A stretch of DNA of 64,000 bases from positions 62,001-126,000 of IMG/VR virus record IMGVR_UViG_3300044640_001495; one strand, given 5' to 3'. A program made the translations under genes and the position numbers. Of the stretch, positions 51,236-61,300 are shown in pieces (within the stretch, counting starts at the first letter, position 1; each line of letters begins with the position of its first letter). The notes under the pieces are model-generated. The model was given only the letters and a program-made list of their open reading frames with translations. It was not told the origin of the DNA and made no database searches.

Positions 51236-53923
51236 ATGTCAGAACTGCTGTCTTACATACAGACTAGAAAGTATATTGTTACTGTGTACAACTACGATGA
51301 CCTTGATGCTGTCTATGAAGAATTAGAAACAGCAGGCAAGGCACCACCTAATACAGAAATACAGCGTGATGTTGAATGTCTAGAACGTAGACCTATGAGT
51401 AGGAATACCGTTTATAGGTTAGCTGATTGGGAAGCTGATCAATTAAAAGCTGATCCTAGAGTTAAGTCAGTAACTATACATCCAGACGAGTTAGGAATTC
51501 AAGCAGGTATTAATACAACTACTCAGTCTAGTTCTGCTTGGGATAAGTCTTCCGGTACTTCGTCTAATATGAAAAATTGGGCGTTGTTGCGATGCACCGA
51601 AGGTCAACAACGTGCAGGATGGGGCGGAACTGGCTATCAAGGTAACGGTTCGGGTACTGCTGCACAAACTGGCACAATTGAACTGACTCAAACTGGCCGC
51701 AACGTGGATGTGGTTATATGCGATGGCAACGGCATAGTGTTCAACCATCCTGAGTATGCAGTCAATGCGGACGGCACCGGTGGTTCTAGAGCTGTGCAAT
51801 ACAACTGGTTTCAACACAATCCCACAGTGACTGGCGGAGCTGTAGGCAATTACTCTTATGCTTCAATCAGCGATCATGCCACGCATGTGACTGGTACTGT
51901 GGCCGGCAACACACAAGGCTGGGCTCGTAGCAGCAACATCTACACACTGTTTTATGACACTGGCAACAGTGGCAATTTCAGTTTGGTGTTTGATTATGTT
52001 CGAGCGTTTCATGCTGCCAAGTCTGTAAATGTGGCCACTGGCAGACGTAACCCTACCATAGTCAACAACAGTTGGGGACAAAGTATATTTCCCGGCGAAT
52101 GGAGTTTAACTGACATTACCGCTGTAACTTATAGGGGGACTAGATTTACCCCAGGCGGAGACACTACCTTTCTTGGAACCAGTGGTGTATGTACCAGTTC
52201 AACTAGACTGGCAAATTTATTAGGGTTAGAAAATTTTGGTAATAGAATAACTACTACAGGACCAGTAGGCGCTACAGGTGGAACTATTAACTCAAAACCT
52301 GCATCGTGGACTTTAGAATCTAATCAATCAGCATATCTTCTAGGCATATCTCCTCCAGATACATCTTATACAATAACACTAACTACCACAGGTAATAATA
52401 CCACAATAAGAGTTAAAAACGATGTTGCCTCGGGCGGTCAGACAGGACAGACTAGTTTGTTAATTAGCATACAGGTAGTTCGACAAAGTGATAACTCTGT
52501 TATAACATCATTTAGTCAAGGACCGTTTACATCAATCGAAGGCGGTGATGTTGAAGCTGTTATCGATGAAAATGTAATACTACCTACTACCGGCGCATAT
52601 ACTATTACCTATACAACAAATTTAAATATTAGTAATGTTACTAATCCCTTAACAGCATTTGCCATGCTGTGTACTATTACACAAACACCAAGTGGTAGCG
52701 AGGCTGCTACAGTGAGTTCTATTACAAACAGCTTATTAGGGGCCGCAAGCCTAACAGCATCAACCACTCCCACTGTGGGCAGCAACGACGATGGCTATTG
52801 GACACTGCCTTTACCGTTTGCTATTACATATTTAGGCACCACACATACCACACTGTATCCCAGCACAAACTTTTATCTAACATTTGGCGGCGGGTCAACT
52901 GTGTGGAGTGGCGTTAGTATTACCAATCCCGCACTGCCTAAAATCATGTGGTGTGCTAAAGACAATTCAGTACAAAGAATTTACTACGGAACCGAAGGCG
53001 TTGCACCGAATAGACGATTTAGGATAAGACAAGAAGGAACGTCATCTACCGGCGGAACTGTGGGTAGTCCCTCAATGGTGTGTGAGTGGACCTTTTACGA
53101 AAACGCTCCTAGCCAAATAGATCTACAGGTTGGTGTTAATAGTGCCAAAACTACTGGCGGTGGATTTACCACCACACAACTTAATGCTTGGGGATTTATC
53201 AGCGGGCAGCGAATACCAGCTAGAGTCAGTGCCTGCGATGACGACATCGAAGACCTGTACAACGAAGGCATCATTATGGTAGGAGCAGCGGGCAACGGGC
53301 GATGGAAACACGATGTTCCAGGAGGGTCAGACTGGAACAACACATTCGAAATGGCTACTAGATATCCTGCCAGTGTCTTGCAACCCTACTACTACATGCG
53401 GGGTACCAGTCCTACCGCCAATGACACGCTGGCCTCAGGCACACACAATTTGCCGGCCATATGTGTGGGCGCTGTAGATACTATTCAGATAGATCAAAAG
53501 GTGTTGTTTAGTGATTGTGGTGGTGGCGTTGATCTGTTTGCTCCAGGAACATACATTGTGAGTGCATTGCCCAGCGGTACTGCGGATCCTAGAAACAGCA
53601 GTTTTTATATTGGTAAATTCAGTGGTACATCAATGGCCAGTCCGCAGGTATGCGGAGTATTGGCCTGTGCATTAGAAGTTTACCCGGACATGAATCAAGA
53701 GCGTGCCAAGGCCTATATAACGGCCATTGCTAAATCAGGACAACTTGTAGCAACATCAGGCGGGCCAACAGACGGTCAAGATCTACAGGGTGCTGCCAAT
53801 TTATATTTGTTTTACAAAAAAGAACGAGAGACCAGTGGCAATGTGTTTCCAAAAATCAATTATAAACCAAGACCCACGACGGGATCGGTTTATCCTAGAC
53901 CCAGAATTAAAAGAACATTATAA
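51236..53923 (+). CDS. Subtilisin-like (S8) serine protease with a large insertion, in the tail gene cluster
   Basis: VDVVICDG (Asp), DHATHVTGT (His), AAGN (oxyanion Asn) and FSGTSMASP (Ser). Confidence 0.9.
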   Translation: MSELLSYIQTRKYIVTVYNYDDLDAVYEELETAGKAPPNTEIQRDVECLERRPMSRNTVYRLADWEADQLKADPRVKSVTIHPDELGIQAGINTTTQSSSAWDKSSGTSSNMKNWALLRCTEGQQRAGWGGTGYQGNGSGTAAQTGTIELTQTGRNVDVVICDGNGIVFNHPEYAVNADGTGGSRAVQYNWFQHNPTVTGGAVGNYSYASISDHATHVTGTVAGNTQGWARSSNIYTLFYDTGNSGNFSLVFDYVRAFHAAKSVNVATGRRNPTIVNNSWGQSIFPGEWSLTDITAVTYRGTRFTPGGDTTFLGTSGVCTSSTRLANLLGLENFGNRITTTGPVGATGGTINSKPASWTLESNQSAYLLGISPPDTSYTITLTTTGNNTTIRVKNDVASGGQTGQTSLLISIQVVRQSDNSVITSFSQGPFTSIEGGDVEAVIDENVILPTTGAYTITYTTNLNISNVTNPLTAFAMLCTITQTPSGSEAATVSSITNSLLGAASLTASTTPTVGSNDDGYWTLPLPFAITYLGTTHTTLYPSTNFYLTFGGGSTVWSGVSITNPALPKIMWCAKDNSVQRIYYGTEGVAPNRRFRIRQEGTSSTGGTVGSPSMVCEWTFYENAPSQIDLQVGVNSAKTTGGGFTTTQLNAWGFISGQRIPARVSACDDDIEDLYNEGIIMVGAAGNGRWKHDVPGGSDWNNTFEMATRYPASVLQPYYYMRGTSPTANDTLASGTHNLPAICVGAVDTIQIDQKVLFSDCGGGVDLFAPGTYIVSALPSGTADPRNSSFYIGKFSGTSMASPQVCGVLACALEVYPDMNQERAKAYITAIAKSGQLVATSGGPTDGQDLQGAANLYLFYKKERETSGNVFPKINYKPRPTTGSVYPRPRIKRTL

Positions 53924-53951
53924 CGGGTAAATATACTAAAGAGAGCGTATT

Positions 53952-54494
53952 ATGACAATACAAACAATCAATATCGGTAATGTGGTAAATGATGGCCTAG
54001 GCGATGATCTACGCACAGCATTTAACAAAGTTAATGCTAATTTTACAGACTTAGCTGCTAGCATCACTGTTACTGCAAGTAATTTAGGAACAGGTGCAGG
54101 TGTATTTAAAGAAAAAGTAGGCGTTGATCTACAGTTTAAATCATTGGTAGCTGGTACTAAAATGTTCATAGATGAACTAACAAATACCATTGTTATTAAC
54201 AATCAACAGCCCGACGGGTTTGCCAGAATTGACACAGACAACGGGATTGTTAATGCTAGCAACCATCTTAACATAACGCTCGAAGGCGGAGATAATGTTA
54301 ACGTTTCTGCTGTAGGTTCAGTAATTACTGTCGATACAAATTTAGATCTAAATCAAATTATTGCAGGATTCGACTTCGGTGTATTAGGAAATAATTTTCA
54401 ATTCTCTCCACAACTTGCACTTGCCGCATCTAACGTAGATTTTGGAACTATTACAAACCCAGGGACCATTAGTTTAGACCTTGGTGTATTTTAA
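53952..54494 (+). CDS. Baseplate structural protein (gp9/gp10-like N-terminus)
   Basis: INIGNVVNDGLGDDLRTAFNKVNANF motif. Confidence 0.8.
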   Translation: MTIQTINIGNVVNDGLGDDLRTAFNKVNANFTDLAASITVTASNLGTGAGVFKEKVGVDLQFKSLVAGTKMFIDELTNTIVINNQQPDGFARIDTDNGIVNASNHLNITLEGGDNVNVSAVGSVITVDTNLDLNQIIAGFDFGVLGNNFQFSPQLALAASNVDFGTITNPGTISLDLGVF

Positions 54495-54506
54495 GGATTT
54501 TGATCA

Positions 54507-56972
54507 ATGACCATTACTTGGGTCACTCCTGCAGGCAGCCTGGGCACAATCGTAGAAAGAAACACTCTAGAAATTGCTGTGCTGGCCACTTCCTCATATG
54601 GCACAGTCACCTACAGTCTCATTGCAGGAAGATTGCCACGTGGACTGCGACTTACTAACAATGTGATCAAAGGCAGTCCTGTAGAAGTAAGACGCTTCAC
54701 AGACTATAGATTTGTCATACGTGCCAACGATGGTGTTGACATAGAAGACCGAACTTTCAGCATTTCAGTGGACGGCAGCGATCTGCCCTATTGGTTGACT
54801 CAACAGGGATTCTTGCAGGTGGGTCAAAACAATGCCTACTTTGTGTTGGACAATGCCTATGTGGAATTTCAACTTGAAGCAGACGACACTGACATCAATG
54901 CCGGTGATGTACTAGAATACTACCTAGTACCAGTTGGCGGAGAATTGCCTCCAGGACTGTCATTGAGTAGAACCGGCCTAATATCTGGTTTTACTGATCC
55001 TGTGTTTGCCATAGATTATTCAGCTGTACAAACCGGATCATACGATACCGCAGCATTTGACATATTGCCATTGGATAGACCCGAAGCAAGATCCAATGGC
55101 TTTGACAGCTTTCTCTATGACAATGTGACCTTTGACTACAATGAACCCAGTCGTGCTCCAAGGCGTCTAAGTAGATTTTACACGTTTATTGTTGCTGTCA
55201 GTGATGGTGTTAACGAAGTACGCAGAGTATTTCGTATCTATGTGGTCACCGAAGAATTCCTACAGGCCGATAACAGTATACTACAGGTTGATACCAATCT
55301 GTTCCAAGCAGACGCCACAGGCGATCGGGTGCCGCTGTGGATCACCGAAAGCAATTTGGGTAGATTTAGAGCAGACAATTACATCACCATATATCTAGAT
55401 GTCTACGATCCAGTTTCTTTGTCAGGCACAATCACTTACTTTCTGTTAGCCACAAATCCCGATGGGTCGGCCAGCGTGATACCTCCGGGACTTGTGCTGG
55501 ATACCATTACTGGTGAGTTAGCAGGGCGTGTGCCTTATCAAGCAGCTATCACCAAGACCTATCAGTTTACCATGCAGGCTGTGAACTTTCCGTCCAGTTT
55601 GGCAGATATCAATTACACCATAGTAGGTGATTGGACCTCTACAAGAATCTACAAAGAAAATGAAGCGGTACGTTATTTGGGATTTGTTTATATTTGTCTG
55701 CAAGAAAATAGAAACGTGGTTCCCGCGGATGGCACTGTGTGGGAACTGGGAGTAGCCACTGCTGAAAAAACATTCACTGTGGACATCATAGGCGAAATCG
55801 AAAGCGCCATACGATGGATCAGCCCCACAGACATAGGCACAATTAAACCCAATCAGCCTAGCACAATAAATGTACTGGCAGAAAGTCTGTTGTATGGTAA
55901 CAAAGTTGTATACGAATTATACTCGGGACTGTTACCTCCGGGACTGAGTTTGCTGTCCACAGGCATCATACAGGGCAAGGTGAAACAATTTGCAGATAGT
56001 CAGGGGCCGGGATTAACTAGATTTTTTGATAGAGATTCCTCGTTGATAGACTCAACTGGCACAATAACTTTCAATACCACGTTTGATGGTGACACTACTA
56101 GCTTTGGTAAAAAATTCACATTTAAAATAAAAGCTAGAGATACTGCACAATTTGCAGAAAATATCAAAGAGTTTTTTATTAATGTTGTTTCAAGTACAGA
56201 AAAAACTTTTGCAAATTTATATTTAAAAGCGTTCCAGACCAAAGACAAGAGACTAAATTGGTATAATTTTATTACTGATTCTAATATTTTTAGACCAACC
56301 GATATCTATAGATACGGAGATTCAAATTTCGGAATTCAAACTGAATTAAGAGTATTGGTATTTGCCGGTATTGAAAGCGTCGGTGCAGTAAATTATGTCC
56401 AAGCTATGAGCCAGAACCACTATAGGAAGAATTTAAAATTTGGAAATGTTAAATATGCAGTAGCAAAAGATCTACTGACTCAAGAACCTATATACGAAGT
56501 AATATATATAGATGTAGTTGACGAATTTGAAAAAAACGGCACTAGTATTAGTAGTACTATAAATTTATCTAATAGTATTAACAGTAAGGTGTTAGTCAGT
56601 TATGATGCTATTAAAGTAGACAGCAATATTCCATTTGCCAGTGACAGTGATCATCAACGCATATTTCCTAACAGCATCAAGAACATGCGTAGACGAATTC
56701 GAGGTGTAGGTGAAAGAGATCGAGAATTTTTGCCGTTATGGATGAGAAGTATACAAGCAGATAGCTTTGTAGAAACAGGTTATATGAAAGCATTAATACT
56801 GTGTTATCTGCAACCGGGAAAGTCCGAGGGAGTTATTTCTAGAATAAAATCCAGTGGCTTTGACTTTAAATCGATTGATTTTACCGCTGATCGATACGTG
56901 ATAGATATTTTAGACGGAGAAATAGAGGATAAATACCTTGTATTTCCGCAACGTGGAGAAAAATTACCGTGA
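54507..56972 (+). CDS. Virion structural protein with Ig/cadherin-like repeats (baseplate wedge-like)
   Basis: Repeated G-x-LPPGL-x-L...G-x-I-x-G Ig-like motifs. Confidence 0.75.
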   Translation: MTITWVTPAGSLGTIVERNTLEIAVLATSSYGTVTYSLIAGRLPRGLRLTNNVIKGSPVEVRRFTDYRFVIRANDGVDIEDRTFSISVDGSDLPYWLTQQGFLQVGQNNAYFVLDNAYVEFQLEADDTDINAGDVLEYYLVPVGGELPPGLSLSRTGLISGFTDPVFAIDYSAVQTGSYDTAAFDILPLDRPEARSNGFDSFLYDNVTFDYNEPSRAPRRLSRFYTFIVAVSDGVNEVRRVFRIYVVTEEFLQADNSILQVDTNLFQADATGDRVPLWITESNLGRFRADNYITIYLDVYDPVSLSGTITYFLLATNPDGSASVIPPGLVLDTITGELAGRVPYQAAITKTYQFTMQAVNFPSSLADINYTIVGDWTSTRIYKENEAVRYLGFVYICLQENRNVVPADGTVWELGVATAEKTFTVDIIGEIESAIRWISPTDIGTIKPNQPSTINVLAESLLYGNKVVYELYSGLLPPGLSLLSTGIIQGKVKQFADSQGPGLTRFFDRDSSLIDSTGTITFNTTFDGDTTSFGKKFTFKIKARDTAQFAENIKEFFINVVSSTEKTFANLYLKAFQTKDKRLNWYNFITDSNIFRPTDIYRYGDSNFGIQTELRVLVFAGIESVGAVNYVQAMSQNHYRKNLKFGNVKYAVAKDLLTQEPIYEVIYIDVVDEFEKNGTSISSTINLSNSINSKVLVSYDAIKVDSNIPFASDSDHQRIFPNSIKNMRRRIRGVGERDREFLPLWMRSIQADSFVETGYMKALILCYLQPGKSEGVISRIKSSGFDFKSIDFTADRYVIDILDGEIEDKYLVFPQRGEKLP

Positions 56973-57556
56973 CAAGCAATATTAACTATTTGGGCATAAA
57001 TGAAAACTTTCCTGTAGCAGGAGAGGACAACGACACGCAGGTGTTTAGAGATAACTTTGATACTATCAAAACCAGTCTCAACACAGCTAAAACTGAGATT
57101 ACAGATCTGCAGACCAATGCTGCACGTACAGACGTCGATAATGATTTCAACAACAAGTTGATCAGCGGTGCAGTTATGCTAAACAACTACGATAAAAAGT
57201 TTGACGGTGGGGTAATTAATGCTCCGTTGACTGTGGATTATGAAAATGGCAACTATCAAATTTTTAGATTCGGTGCCACTACCACTGTGGAATTTTTAAA
57301 TTTCCCAGATGACACATCATTACCTACTGGTTTGGGCAAGGTCACTCTAGAACTGTACGGAGATGGCACTGCTAGAACTCTAACATTTGTAACCAGTGGT
57401 GGCACAGTGATCAAAAAGAATGCAACATTCCCTGCAACATTTACTGTGACTTCAGCAGAAGCCGCAGCCGGCAGCGGCAATCCAATAATGATCGAAGTTT
57501 GGCAACATAAATCGGATAGAATCTTTTTGAACTATCTAGGCCAATTTAGTTCATAA
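56969..57556 (+). CDS. Virion structural protein
   Basis: FPVAGEDND-x-Q-x-FRDNF...EITDLQ motif; located in the tail operon. Confidence 0.7.
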   Translation: MTSNINYLGINENFPVAGEDNDTQVFRDNFDTIKTSLNTAKTEITDLQTNAARTDVDNDFNNKLISGAVMLNNYDKKFDGGVINAPLTVDYENGNYQIFRFGATTTVEFLNFPDDTSLPTGLGKVTLELYGDGTARTLTFVTSGGTVIKKNATFPATFTVTSAEAAAGSGNPIMIEVWQHKSDRIFLNYLGQFSS

Positions 57557-57792
57557 TGCTACATCCATTGTCTGTTGATCTCACAACTTTGAAAGATTCC
57601 GAAGTTGAAGAAAAATTACAGGAATTGACAAGAAAATATTTTGCAGCTCAGCGTTTAGGCAAGCCTGAGCTCTTGACACAGATCTCAACTTTTGTTACAA
57701 TATATAAACAAGAGTTATCAAGACGGTATTTAGAAAAAACTAATCCCGAACTTGATGGAGATTTGGATCAATTGATAAATGTCAACAAGTAA
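57556..57792 (+). CDS. Hypothetical protein
   Basis: 78-aa coupled ORF. Confidence 0.65.
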   Translation: MLHPLSVDLTTLKDSEVEEKLQELTRKYFAAQRLGKPELLTQISTFVTIYKQELSRRYLEKTNPELDGDLDQLINVNK

Positions 57793-58246
57793 CAGCCAAG
57801 AAGAACTAATTGAAGGTGTACTAAGACATGGGCCGGATATATTGGCTCATTGTCAGACTTCTGCTGATATCCAACAGTATCTAGATAGATTGTTGGCAGA
57901 ACATCTGCACTATCCCATTCCTCCAACATCCATAGACACATCTTGCTGGTTTGTACCGGAAGAGTATAAAACCATGGATATCATAGATTGGCTATATCAC
58001 CGATGCCCTACTCCTGAAATTAGAGAACGAGTGGTTCAAGAACTTAGATTATTTGCCAAACACGATATGATTCCCATGTTAAAAACCATGAAATATGTTG
58101 TGGACACTCTAAGAGCCAATAACATAGTTTGGGGTGTAGGGCGTGGATCTAGTGTAGCCAGTTATGTACTTCACATTATAGGTGTACACAAAATAGACAG
58201 TGTTAAATACAATATACCAATAGAAGAATTCTTTAAGGAGATATAA
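57779..58246 (+). CDS. Short DNA polymerase III alpha (DnaE)-like protein
   Basis: R...EL.LF...YVVD..RANNIVWGVGRGSSVASYVL..IGVHKID matches the DnaE GRGS region. Confidence 0.75.
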   Translation: MSTSNSQEELIEGVLRHGPDILAHCQTSADIQQYLDRLLAEHLHYPIPPTSIDTSCWFVPEEYKTMDIIDWLYHRCPTPEIRERVVQELRLFAKHDMIPMLKTMKYVVDTLRANNIVWGVGRGSSVASYVLHIIGVHKIDSVKYNIPIEEFFKEI

Positions 58247-58247
58247 C

Positions 58248-58484
58248 ATGGGTAGAGTCTACACAAGTATGCAGGGCAAACAAATTGACATGGAAAAGCT
58301 TCAGCTTCGAAATGAATTGGCGCCTGCCATAGGAAATATGAAAGTGAATGCCAGAGGCGATGAGCTAGGCGCCGGCGGAAAGATTGTAAGAACTAGAGAA
58401 CAGATCCTACAAGATTACTATAAAAATAATCCAAGATCCCTAGACCAAGAAGTGGTGTCTACTCGGGCAGGCGGAAAGAAATAA
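58248..58484 (+). CDS. Hypothetical phage protein
   Basis: YTSMQGKQIDMEKL...GNMKVNARGDELG; strong AAGGAG SD. Confidence 0.7.
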   Translation: MGRVYTSMQGKQIDMEKLQLRNELAPAIGNMKVNARGDELGAGGKIVRTREQILQDYYKNNPRSLDQEVVSTRAGGKK

Positions 58485-58486
58485 AA

Positions 58487-58846
58487 ATGGCTACAAACTT
58501 TGATGTTAAACATGTTAAGATACGAGCCCTGCATGACTGGGTTATTGTTTCAGATATGGACTTTGGTGAAATTACCACCGCAGCTGGTTTAGTTATTCGC
58601 AGCGACAATGGCAAAACGCATGGTATCAAGCCTCGATGGGGCAAGGTCTATTGCATTGGTCCCGAACAAAAAGATGTCAAAGTAGGCGATTGGATTCTCA
58701 TCGAACACGGGCGATGGACCAGAGCCATGCACATTAACGATGGTGACGGTGAAAAGAAAATCCATCGAGTGGATGCTAATTGCATTATAGGCATATCTGA
58801 TACTCCGCCTACCTCGGAAGAATGGTACGTTGCTAGTTCGATGTAA
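58487..58846 (+). CDS. groES: Co-chaperonin GroES (gp31-like)
   Basis: IRALHDWVIV, TAAGLVI, GKVYCIGP and VKVGD motifs. Confidence 0.85.
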   Translation: MATNFDVKHVKIRALHDWVIVSDMDFGEITTAAGLVIRSDNGKTHGIKPRWGKVYCIGPEQKDVKVGDWILIEHGRWTRAMHINDGDGEKKIHRVDANCIIGISDTPPTSEEWYVASSM

Positions 58847-58849
58847 TAT

Positions 58850-59089
58850 ATGCACATGAAGAAACAGTCATGGAGCGTGGAAGACATAGCTACGCAAATC
58901 CATGCCATTGCTAGGGAATGTTCTAGTCCCTACAATGAGGGATTCACAGCATTTGAACTCAAAAAAGATCTCTACCAAATCAAAGAAATACTAGATACAG
59001 CTATTTCTCTTAGTCCCACCTTTTATGGCGAACAAGAGTGGTTGACAGAACAGGAACAACAGCGTATAATTAAGATATTGAAATCTTAA
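58850..59089 (+). CDS. Hypothetical protein
   Basis: 79-aa ORF in the operon. Confidence 0.6.
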   Translation: MHMKKQSWSVEDIATQIHAIARECSSPYNEGFTAFELKKDLYQIKEILDTAISLSPTFYGEQEWLTEQEQQRIIKILKS

Positions 59090-59098
59090 GGAGATACT

Positions 59099-59482
59099 GT
59101 GACTAATCCATTTCGTGATCAAGAAAAATTCATGCGTGCCTGCGATCAAAGTGTAGGTGAAGTAAATGAAAAGCAATTTGATCTTTATAAAAATCTCATA
59201 GAAGAAGAGTTCAACGAATTAACAACAGCCGAACTAGATAACAATCGTGTAGAACAACTGGATGCGTTGATAGATATTTTGGTAGTCACTATTGGTGCTA
59301 TTCATTCAATGGGTGCGGATGCTGAAGGTGCATGGAAAGAAGTTATGAGTACAAACTTTGCCAAAATTGATAAAAAGACCGGTAAAGTAATCAAACGTGA
59401 AGATGGAAAAGTTCTCAAGCCCGATGGGTGGACTCCACCGAACCTTAAAGAGTTTTTGAGTAAAAAAATAAAAAAGAGATGA
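59099..59482 (+). CDS. MazG-like nucleotide pyrophosphohydrolase
   Basis: LIEEEFNEL, LDALIDILVV and SNF-like STNFAK...REDGKVLKP motifs. Confidence 0.85.
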   Translation: MTNPFRDQEKFMRACDQSVGEVNEKQFDLYKNLIEEEFNELTTAELDNNRVEQLDALIDILVVTIGAIHSMGADAEGAWKEVMSTNFAKIDKKTGKVIKREDGKVLKPDGWTPPNLKEFLSKKIKKR

Positions 59483-59483
59483 T

Positions 59484-59675
59484 ATGAGAAATATTGTATT
59501 GGTCGATGCGGTCATCGCATTACACGACATTGCAAGAACTGTTGCAGAAGAAATTGGACAAGGACAACTGCACGACGATATATGTAAGTGTGCTGATCGG
59601 CTACACGAGTTCTCGCTTGTTGACAGTAAAAATAGTACAATAACACAAGACATTATCACAAAGGCAAAAGAATGA
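59484..59675 (+). CDS. Hypothetical protein
   Basis: 63-aa ORF coupled to the clamp loader. Confidence 0.55.
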   Translation: MRNIVLVDAVIALHDIARTVAEEIGQGQLHDDICKCADRLHEFSLVDSKNSTITQDIITKAKE

Positions 59676-60586
59676 AAGAACTATGGGTAGAAAAATATCG
59701 TCCTAAGACAGTGGACGGGTATGTGTTTAGAGATGATCATCAGCGCAGGCAAATTTCTACATGGATCAAAGAAAAATCTATTCCCCATCTATTGTTTAGT
59801 GGATCTGCAGGTATAGGTAAAACCACCTTGGCCAAGATGCTGATCAATGAAATAGGCATTGAAGACTATGATGTGTTGGAAATAAATGCGTCACGTGAAA
59901 ACAGCGTGGATGTGATTAGAGACAAGATTACAAACTTTGTGCAGATGATTCCGTTTGGACCATTCAAAGTTGTGTTGTTAGATGAAGCAGATTATCTCAC
60001 ACTAAACGCACAGGCCATACTTCGTGGCTTGATGGAGACCTATGCTAGTACCAGTAGATTTATTCTAACCTGCAATTATCCCAATAAGGTGATTCCCGCA
60101 CTGCATTCTAGATGCCAAGGATTCCACGTTGAGAAAACTGATCAAACTGAATACACTGCTCGAGTGGCCACAATACTTGTAGAAGAAAACATTGAGTTTG
60201 ATCTCGATACCTTGGATCTATATGTCAAGGTGGCCTATCCAGATTTACGTAAATGCATACAGTTGGTGCAACAGAATTCCACTGAAGGCAAGTTATCTCA
60301 ACCTAATACTGGTGACGCTGGGGGTGTTGAGTGGAAATTTGACATGGTGACTCTTTTCAAAGCAGGTAAAATCACAGAAGCCCGCAAACTGTTGTGTGGT
60401 AAAATACGTGCTGAAGAAATGGAAGAGGTCTATCGATGGCTCTATGATAATCTAGAAATATTTGGCGATGATCAAAAACAGGATTCTGCTATTATCATTA
60501 TCAAGCAAGGACTGGCCGATCACACTCTGGTGGCAGACGTTGAGATAAATTTAGCAGCCACGTTGGTAAAACTAGCAAGACTCTAA
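59672..60586 (+). CDS. Sliding-clamp loader AAA+ subunit (T4 gp44 / RFC-like)
   Basis: WVEKYRP, GSAGIGKTT, EINAS, LDEAD, CNY and SRC motifs. Confidence 0.93.
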   Translation: MKELWVEKYRPKTVDGYVFRDDHQRRQISTWIKEKSIPHLLFSGSAGIGKTTLAKMLINEIGIEDYDVLEINASRENSVDVIRDKITNFVQMIPFGPFKVVLLDEADYLTLNAQAILRGLMETYASTSRFILTCNYPNKVIPALHSRCQGFHVEKTDQTEYTARVATILVEENIEFDLDTLDLYVKVAYPDLRKCIQLVQQNSTEGKLSQPNTGDAGGVEWKFDMVTLFKAGKITEARKLLCGKIRAEEMEEVYRWLYDNLEIFGDDQKQDSAIIIIKQGLADHTLVADVEINLAATLVKLARL

Positions 60587-61059
60587 TGTCAGATGATAAG
60601 TCCAACTCTGCCAAGGGTCGAACTAGCTATGACTCTACATCGACTGGTTCTCTAATACCATTCTTTAATAGGAATGTGTCAGAGTATCCTACTGAGGCTG
60701 GAGGGGTTAATTTTGATCTAGTGCCTGTAACCAAGCAAAAAGATCTCATGATCAATCATGCTAGGATATATGCCCAGCAAGAATACGATAGAATTATGGA
60801 ACTGGTTTCTGTACTAGAAGGTCAAGCGCAGGCAATTAAACGACGATTAGAAATAACTGATTCTGTTCATGCGGCTGTATATCAATTCCAACCTGTTATG
60901 GGAAACGTCTATTGGCTAGTATGGGACCAGAGGAAACAGCATACCTTATTAACACAGCATGGTCCTAACGATTGGTCCAGTAGTGCTCCAGAAGATTACA
61001 AATACAAAGCTCAGGTAAAATACATGGGCGACCACACCTGGATGGAAATAAATGAATAA
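60586..61059 (+). CDS. DUF2452-like phage protein
   Basis: AQQEYDRIMELV ... YQFQPVMG..Y pattern recalled for this family. Confidence 0.55.
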   Translation: MSDDKSNSAKGRTSYDSTSTGSLIPFFNRNVSEYPTEAGGVNFDLVPVTKQKDLMINHARIYAQQEYDRIMELVSVLEGQAQAIKRRLEITDSVHAAVYQFQPVMGNVYWLVWDQRKQHTLLTQHGPNDWSSSAPEDYKYKAQVKYMGDHTWMEINE

Positions 61060-61300
61060 TAGATATATGATTGTAACCTATGTTAAAAAGCCCAGCGGCA
61101 AGTGGGACGAATTAACAGAATTTAAAAACAGTCTCAAGCAGAAACACATGCAAACGGCCAAGGTCATCCTAGATTTCAAAGAAAAGAAATGCGTCATAAA
61201 CAGCCTCAATCGAGAAGCGAGTTATGACGACATGTTAGAATTCTATAAAAGGCAGTTAGGGGATCAGTTGACCCCCTACCTTCCTCAAGAGTCTCCGTAA
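61052..61300 (+). CDS. Hypothetical protein
   Basis: 82-aa coupled ORF. Confidence 0.6.
   Translation: MNNRYMIVTYVKKPSGKWDELTEFKNSLKQKHMQTAKVILDFKEKKCVINSLNREASYDDMLEFYKRQLGDQLTPYLPQESP

Noticed and set aside
43430-56248. Many 60-165 aa antisense or alternate-frame ORFs inside structural genes
   Set aside because: Shadow ORFs caused by the codon bias of long genes; no SD or recognisable motifs.
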